Of a stretch of DNA of 64,000 nucleotides, positions 59,725-64,000 are shown one piece after another. The position numbers and the translations under genes were made by a program. Position 1 is the stretch's first letter, and the number at the start of each line of letters is the position of its first letter. Under the pieces are notes generated by a model that was not told the DNA's origin, did not search any database, and worked only from the letters and a program-made list of their open reading frames with translations. The DNA comes from Myxococcota bacterium (GTDB lineage Bacteria; Myxococcota_A; UBA9160; UBA4427), in the NCBI GenBank assembly GCA_965250285.1, contig OZ252299.1, forward strand, positions 3,744,001 to 3,808,000, written 5' to 3'.

Positions 59725-62154
59725 TCAACTCGCGGGTCTGGGATCCTCGTAGCGCGCAAGGTCGAGAATGCCCGCCTTCGGGCCATCGCGCCGAGCGAAG
59801 TCGTCGCGCACCCAATCCATGGCCGGCCAGAAACGGGGGCTCGAGCGGCGGATCCCCCAGCGATCGACGATGCGCAGCCAGGCGGCTTCGCCATCCGATG
59901 CGCCCATCTCGTCGACGAAATCGGACAGCTCTAACTCGGGCACGTCGAGCATGAAGTTCGGGTAGCTGGCGAAGTAGCCGCGCACGAGCGTCACGTCGTC
60001 CTTCTCAGGCTGCAGACGACGACCCTCGCGGAACATGTGGGCGACGTTCGTGTGCGCACGGTTGTGGACCACCGTGTAGACGATCGGCTCGTCACCCGGC
60101 TCACTCGGCTGAACGCGCAGGATCGTGACCTCGGGCAGCGCGGCGATGGCACCGCCCCGCCGCTGCGAGAGCGGGCGAAGCGCACGCTCGGCGCTTCGCT
60201 CGAGCGGCGTGGCGCCCGGGCGATCGCAGGGTTCAGCGCGGCACGCATTCAGCAGATCGGGCGAGTGCGCGATCGAAGGGGTCCGCGTGGCGACGCGCTC
60301 GAGCAGCTCGGCCTTCGGGTCATCCGTCTCGTAGACGATGCGTGTGCCGTGAACGTGCTTCTTGTTCGTGTCGGTGATGCGGTACTTGCGCTCCCGCGTC
60401 GCACCTTCGTACCACGAGCGCCGAATCGGCTCGCGCACGTCCGGTGGCAGGAAGCCGAGAAAGACCTCCTCGGCCTGCATCCGCAAGAAGTTCATGTAAA
60501 GCCGGGTCGAGACCTGATGCGAAACGTTTCCAAAGACGTCGAAGCCCGCGACCAGGTCGTAGTAGATGCGCTCCAGCACCGGGTAGTCGATCACCCAGGC
60601 CGTTTCGGGCGGCCCCCCGATGAAACCGCGCCGGACGGTCGCGTTGTCGAAGTTTCGGAAGACGGTCAGCAGGGCGTTCGGATTCGTGCCCCCGCCGCCG
60701 TCCCAGATCCAGTCGAGCTCGGGCCCCTGCTTCGCGGGGTCGGCTCGGTCGTAGCCCTTCTGCATGAGATCCCGGTAGCGCTTCTGCTTCGCGTCGTAGC
60801 GAGCCCAGAGCATCTCGGGCGCCCAGTCACTGCCGTACTCGGCCGGCATGGCGAGGAACTCGGCGACCTCGTCCATCAGCTCGGGCTGCGTCGAGAGCAG
60901 ATCGTGAGCGGGATCGACGAACATCACGAAGAATCGATCTTCGATCACGTCGACGGCGACCTGGCCACGGCACACCGGGCCGCGAATGAACGTCATGATG
61001 AAGTACTGAGCGTCGTCGAGCAGGAACCGGTAGCGAGCCGACACCGGCATCTCGGCGAACGAGACGAAGGGGTTCGCGGCCTGCTTCGGGTCGTAGCCCG
61101 GCAGCTCGGTCGGGCTCCAGTCTGCACCGAGAAAGAGCTCGCGCACGCGCGCCATTCGACCCTCGTCGAGCCAGTACAGGATGCGCGTCTTGTGAAGCGG
61201 CGCGCCGGTGACCGGGCGCAGTCGATAGAAGAACGGGTCGGAGCCAGGCGAGTCGAAGGGGCGCCGGGTCGCGATCGAGTCGATCGGCTCTCCGGGCCCG
61301 GTCCGCGATCGCACGATGCGGAACACCGGGCCCTCTGGATCGGTTCGAAACCCGAGATGCGCGATGAACCAGTGCTCGTACAGGTAGCGGGCGGTGATCT
61401 GCTCCTTCAGGCCGTCCTGATTGAGGAACGCCTCCCACGCGTCGACCTGCCGGCTGACCCGCTCGTTCAGCAGAGTCGGCGACGGGTCGGTCACTCCACC
61501 GGCATCGAGCCACGACGCGAGCGTCTCGTACTCGGAGCGACTGAGGGGCGCCGTGCCGTACGGCATGCCACCGTGCGGATTGGCGCGCGCGTACTCATCT
61601 GCGTCGTCGACCGTCGGGCAGGTGAGCTTGCGCGTGATGTCGAGCTCGACGTCGACGGGCAACGGCGCGCCGGGCGTGGGCGGATGCGTCCGCCCGAGCT
61701 CGACGAGCGCGCGCATCAGCGATGCGGCGCTGGGCTCCGCATCGGGCATGACCGAGAAGAAGCCCTTCTTGCGCCAGGCATCGACCGTCGTCGCGTCTTC
61801 ATCGAGCCGGGTGAGCGGCGCTTCGTGCAGTCTCGCCGCGTGGTAGACCGCCTCCTTGCTCGCCCCGCGTTCGATGCCGGCCGCTTCGCTCAGGACGAGC
61901 TGGCACGGGGCGTCGTAGCAGCCATGACAGACGACGCAGCGCCGCTCGAGCACGGGCGCGACATCGCTCGCGTAGTCGGGGCGGACGGTCGATGAGGCAT
62001 CCCGTGCGACGCCGCCGGCGGCCGGAGGAGCGACATCGGGCGACGCGGCCTCCACCCCCACGCTCTTCGGGTTCGCGCTCGAACCCGGGCGACACGCGAC
62101 ACTCCCCGATCCGAGGATCAGGACGATCAACAGTCCGCCCACGAGCGCCGGCAT
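59725..62154 (-). CDS. cti: Fatty acid cis/trans isomerase
   Basis: RCVVCHGCYDAPCQL heme c motif, RYLYEHWF..H, FIRGPVCRGQVA, VAGFDVFGN. Confidence 0.92.
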   Translation of the reverse strand: MPALVGGLLIVLILGSGSVACRPGSSANPKSVGVEAASPDVAPPAAGGVARDASSTVRPDYASDVAPVLERRCVVCHGCYDAPCQLVLSEAAGIERGASKEAVYHAARLHEAPLTRLDEDATTVDAWRKKGFFSVMPDAEPSAASLMRALVELGRTHPPTPGAPLPVDVELDITRKLTCPTVDDADEYARANPHGGMPYGTAPLSRSEYETLASWLDAGGVTDPSPTLLNERVSRQVDAWEAFLNQDGLKEQITARYLYEHWFIAHLGFRTDPEGPVFRIVRSRTGPGEPIDSIATRRPFDSPGSDPFFYRLRPVTGAPLHKTRILYWLDEGRMARVRELFLGADWSPTELPGYDPKQAANPFVSFAEMPVSARYRFLLDDAQYFIMTFIRGPVCRGQVAVDVIEDRFFVMFVDPAHDLLSTQPELMDEVAEFLAMPAEYGSDWAPEMLWARYDAKQKRYRDLMQKGYDRADPAKQGPELDWIWDGGGGTNPNALLTVFRNFDNATVRRGFIGGPPETAWVIDYPVLERIYYDLVAGFDVFGNVSHQVSTRLYMNFLRMQAEEVFLGFLPPDVREPIRRSWYEGATRERKYRITDTNKKHVHGTRIVYETDDPKAELLERVATRTPSIAHSPDLLNACRAEPCDRPGATPLERSAERALRPLSQRRGGAIAALPEVTILRVQPSEPGDEPIVYTVVHNRAHTNVAHMFREGRRLQPEKDDVTLVRGYFASYPNFMLDVPELELSDFVDEMGASDGEAAWLRIVDRWGIRRSSPRFWPAMDWVRDDFARRDGPKAGILDLARYEDPRPAS

Positions 62155-62469
62155 GCGCCTGCGGACAAGGCCACAGGAGAGCACACCGCCCGCAAGGACG
62201 GTCGTGCCCTCGAATCGACCGCGGGAAAGTGCGCACGCGTCGGCGCTCCGCGCTCGGGTTCGCAGCTTTGGATGTCGATGAATCGGCACGGCGGGCTCTC
62301 TGGGCGACTTCACTTCGGCCGGCTCGAACGGCACAGCTTCGATTCGCCGAGCGCATCGCACCCCGAAACGGAAGCTCGGCCGTCGCTCGGCCTTCGCTCG
62401 GCCTTCGCTCAGCGCGGCGAGACGGATACCACAGGCACCCCGTCGATCCACGCGATCCCGCCGGAACGT

Positions 62470-63612
62470 TCAGGCTGCGCCGATGCGCACCGAGACCTCG
62501 GCGTTGAAGTGGGCGAGCGCTCCTTCGAATCGGCCGAAGCGAAGATGCTCGTTCGCACCGGTCGAGAGCGTCCGCTGGATCCCCTCTCCGAGATCGAAGT
62601 CTTCGTCGAGGGTCGCGACGGTGAAGTCATGGTTCGCGCGCCAGTAATCGGCGCGGCCTTCGGTTCGGCTCTCGGCCGGTACGAGCGTCGTCATGCGCAC
62701 GACGGTGTCGTCGACCGCCACGGGGTTCATCTGAATCAGGATCACGTGATCGTTCTGGACCAGCAGCTGGCTGGTTGGCATGAATGAGTACAGCACGTTG
62801 GTCACGTCTCGAATTCGCCAGGCCTCGCGGGGCTTTTCCGCGAGGTCGCCGATCGTGTTGCGCGCGAGCACCGAACGCAGGTGGGGCCCCTCGGCCCGAT
62901 AGGTCGACAAGTTGTCCTCGAAGAGTCGACCGACGGTCGCGCGGTGCGCCACCTTGAAGTGATACGACTCGATGCCCCCTTCGACCAGGATCTTCCAGTT
63001 CACGCGCCGACGCTGCTCCGTGCTCTCGAACGGAACGTGGGACGCCAGATCGAGCGCCTGCAGGTCTTCGGCGAGCCCGCCAAGAAAGGCGTCGAGATCG
63101 TCGGGCTCATCGCTCCCCAGCTGGACCCACACGAAGCCGTAGGCCTCGACACACGAGACGGCGGCGAGACGAACGCGGTCCTTGTCGAGGGTCGGGAACC
63201 CCGAGCGCTGATGCGGCACGCCGACGAGCTGTCCCGACGTGTCATACGACCATGCGTGGTAGGGGCATACGAGACGACGCGTGCAGCCTGCATCGTCACG
63301 CACGAGCTGTGCCCCGCGATGGCGGCACGCATTGACGAAGGCGTGCACGACGCCCTCGCCGTCTCGGGTGAGCACCAGGGGAACGCCCGCCACCTCGCGA
63401 CGCACGAAGCTGTGAGCTTCGGCGAGCTCGGCCGCGTGCGCGGCGATCTGTGGCATTCGCCGGAGCAGGCCGTCTCGCTCGGCCTCGAACCGCTCGGGTG
63501 CGAGATAGTTCGAGACGGGCGAAGACGCCTCGGCATCGGCCAAGAAGGGGCTGCGCTCGTCGTGCAGGCGCATCAGCTCGTCCAGCAGCTCGAGTTCGGT
63601 CTCGCGATTCAT
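62470..63612 (-). CDS. Rieske non-heme iron oxygenase alpha subunit
   Basis: NACRHRG..CPYHAW; NWK..EGGIESYH...H; ED. Confidence 0.93.
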   Translation of the reverse strand: MNRETELELLDELMRLHDERSPFLADAEASSPVSNYLAPERFEAERDGLLRRMPQIAAHAAELAEAHSFVRREVAGVPLVLTRDGEGVVHAFVNACRHRGAQLVRDDAGCTRRLVCPYHAWSYDTSGQLVGVPHQRSGFPTLDKDRVRLAAVSCVEAYGFVWVQLGSDEPDDLDAFLGGLAEDLQALDLASHVPFESTEQRRRVNWKILVEGGIESYHFKVAHRATVGRLFEDNLSTYRAEGPHLRSVLARNTIGDLAEKPREAWRIRDVTNVLYSFMPTSQLLVQNDHVILIQMNPVAVDDTVVRMTTLVPAESRTEGRADYWRANHDFTVATLDEDFDLGEGIQRTLSTGANEHLRFGRFEGALAHFNAEVSVRIGAA

Positions 63613-63634
63613 GGGGAGGCCCTCTCAACCGGGT

Positions 63635-63700
63635 CGGGGTTGACATGCTTACCGATCGGTCAGATAATCCTGACCGATCGGTAAGCCGACGTCAACCCCG
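63635..63700. promoter_or_regulatory. Tandem TetR-type operators in a long inverted repeat overlapping a promoter
   Basis: GCTTACCGATCGGTCAG-N6-CTGACCGATCGGTAAGC flanked by CGGGGTTGAC/GTCAACCCCG; TTGACA(63640)-N17-GATAAT(63663). Confidence 0.85.
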
Positions 63701-63730
63701 CGCGCATGCCGCACGGATCGGAGGACCCGC

Positions 63731-64000
63731 GTGCCCGTTTCGACCCGCCAGCAGCTGCTCGATGCTGCCCTGCACCTGTTCGCCCGTCGCGGCTTCGACG
63801 GTGCGAGCCTCTCGAACATCGCGGATGAGCTCGATTTGACGAAACAGGCCCTGCTCCATCACTTCGGGAGCAAGGAGAAGCTCTACGGCGAGATCCTCGC
63901 GCAGGTCTCCGACGTGATGCTTGCGCGCGTGCGCCACACACGGGCCGAGCACGCGGCTCCCGCCGATCAGCTCGAAGCGTTCCTCCTCGATTTTCTCTGT
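63731..64000 (+). CDS. TetR family regulator (runs off the window end)
   Basis: GGAGG-GTG; TRQQLLDAALHLFARRGFDGASLSNIADELDLTKQALLHHFGSKEKL. Confidence 0.9.
   Translation, partial: MPVSTRQQLLDAALHLFARRGFDGASLSNIADELDLTKQALLHHFGSKEKLYGEILAQVSDVMLARVRHTRAEHAAPADQLEAFLLDFLC

Noticed and set aside
62374..62410. 11-bp tandem repeat GCTCGGCC(G/T)TC, about 3.4 copies
   Set aside because: Short, GC-rich and with no supportable function

Overview
A very GC-rich bacterial chromosomal window (gene content and style suggest a Myxococcota/deltaproteobacteria-like organism, inference only) with about 60 densely packed accessory and metabolic genes. I see no rRNA, tRNA, CRISPR array or intact mobile element. 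Highlights: (1) A selenoprotein gene missed by the ORF track (9417-10940, minus). It has a GTG start with RBS, an in-frame TGA in VFLRHFG-U-LFCRE (UxxC) and a SECIS-like hairpin whose loop begins 25 nt downstream, and it encodes an AhpC/TSA-type redoxin fused to an SDR. (2) A putative light/oxidative-stress island in which a Wolinella/Desulfovibrio-type frdCAB lies directly upstream of an Fe-S cryptochrome/(6-4) photolyase gene, divergent from a CarH/LitR-like MerR regulator lacking the B12-binding motif. (3) A candidate cyclic-nucleotide module: Crp regulator, CRP-like box, small precursor-like ORF, S8 protease and a frameshifted class III cyclase-ATPase-TPR gene. Also present are a second sdhCAB, aspD/aspT, pqiAB, cti, selO, a P450, a SABATH-like methyltransferase, a monoheme protein with a C-terminal sorting tail, and several palindromic operators. 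Three apparent single-base indels in short G/C runs may be assembly errors. All family calls are by motif recognition; no database searches were run.
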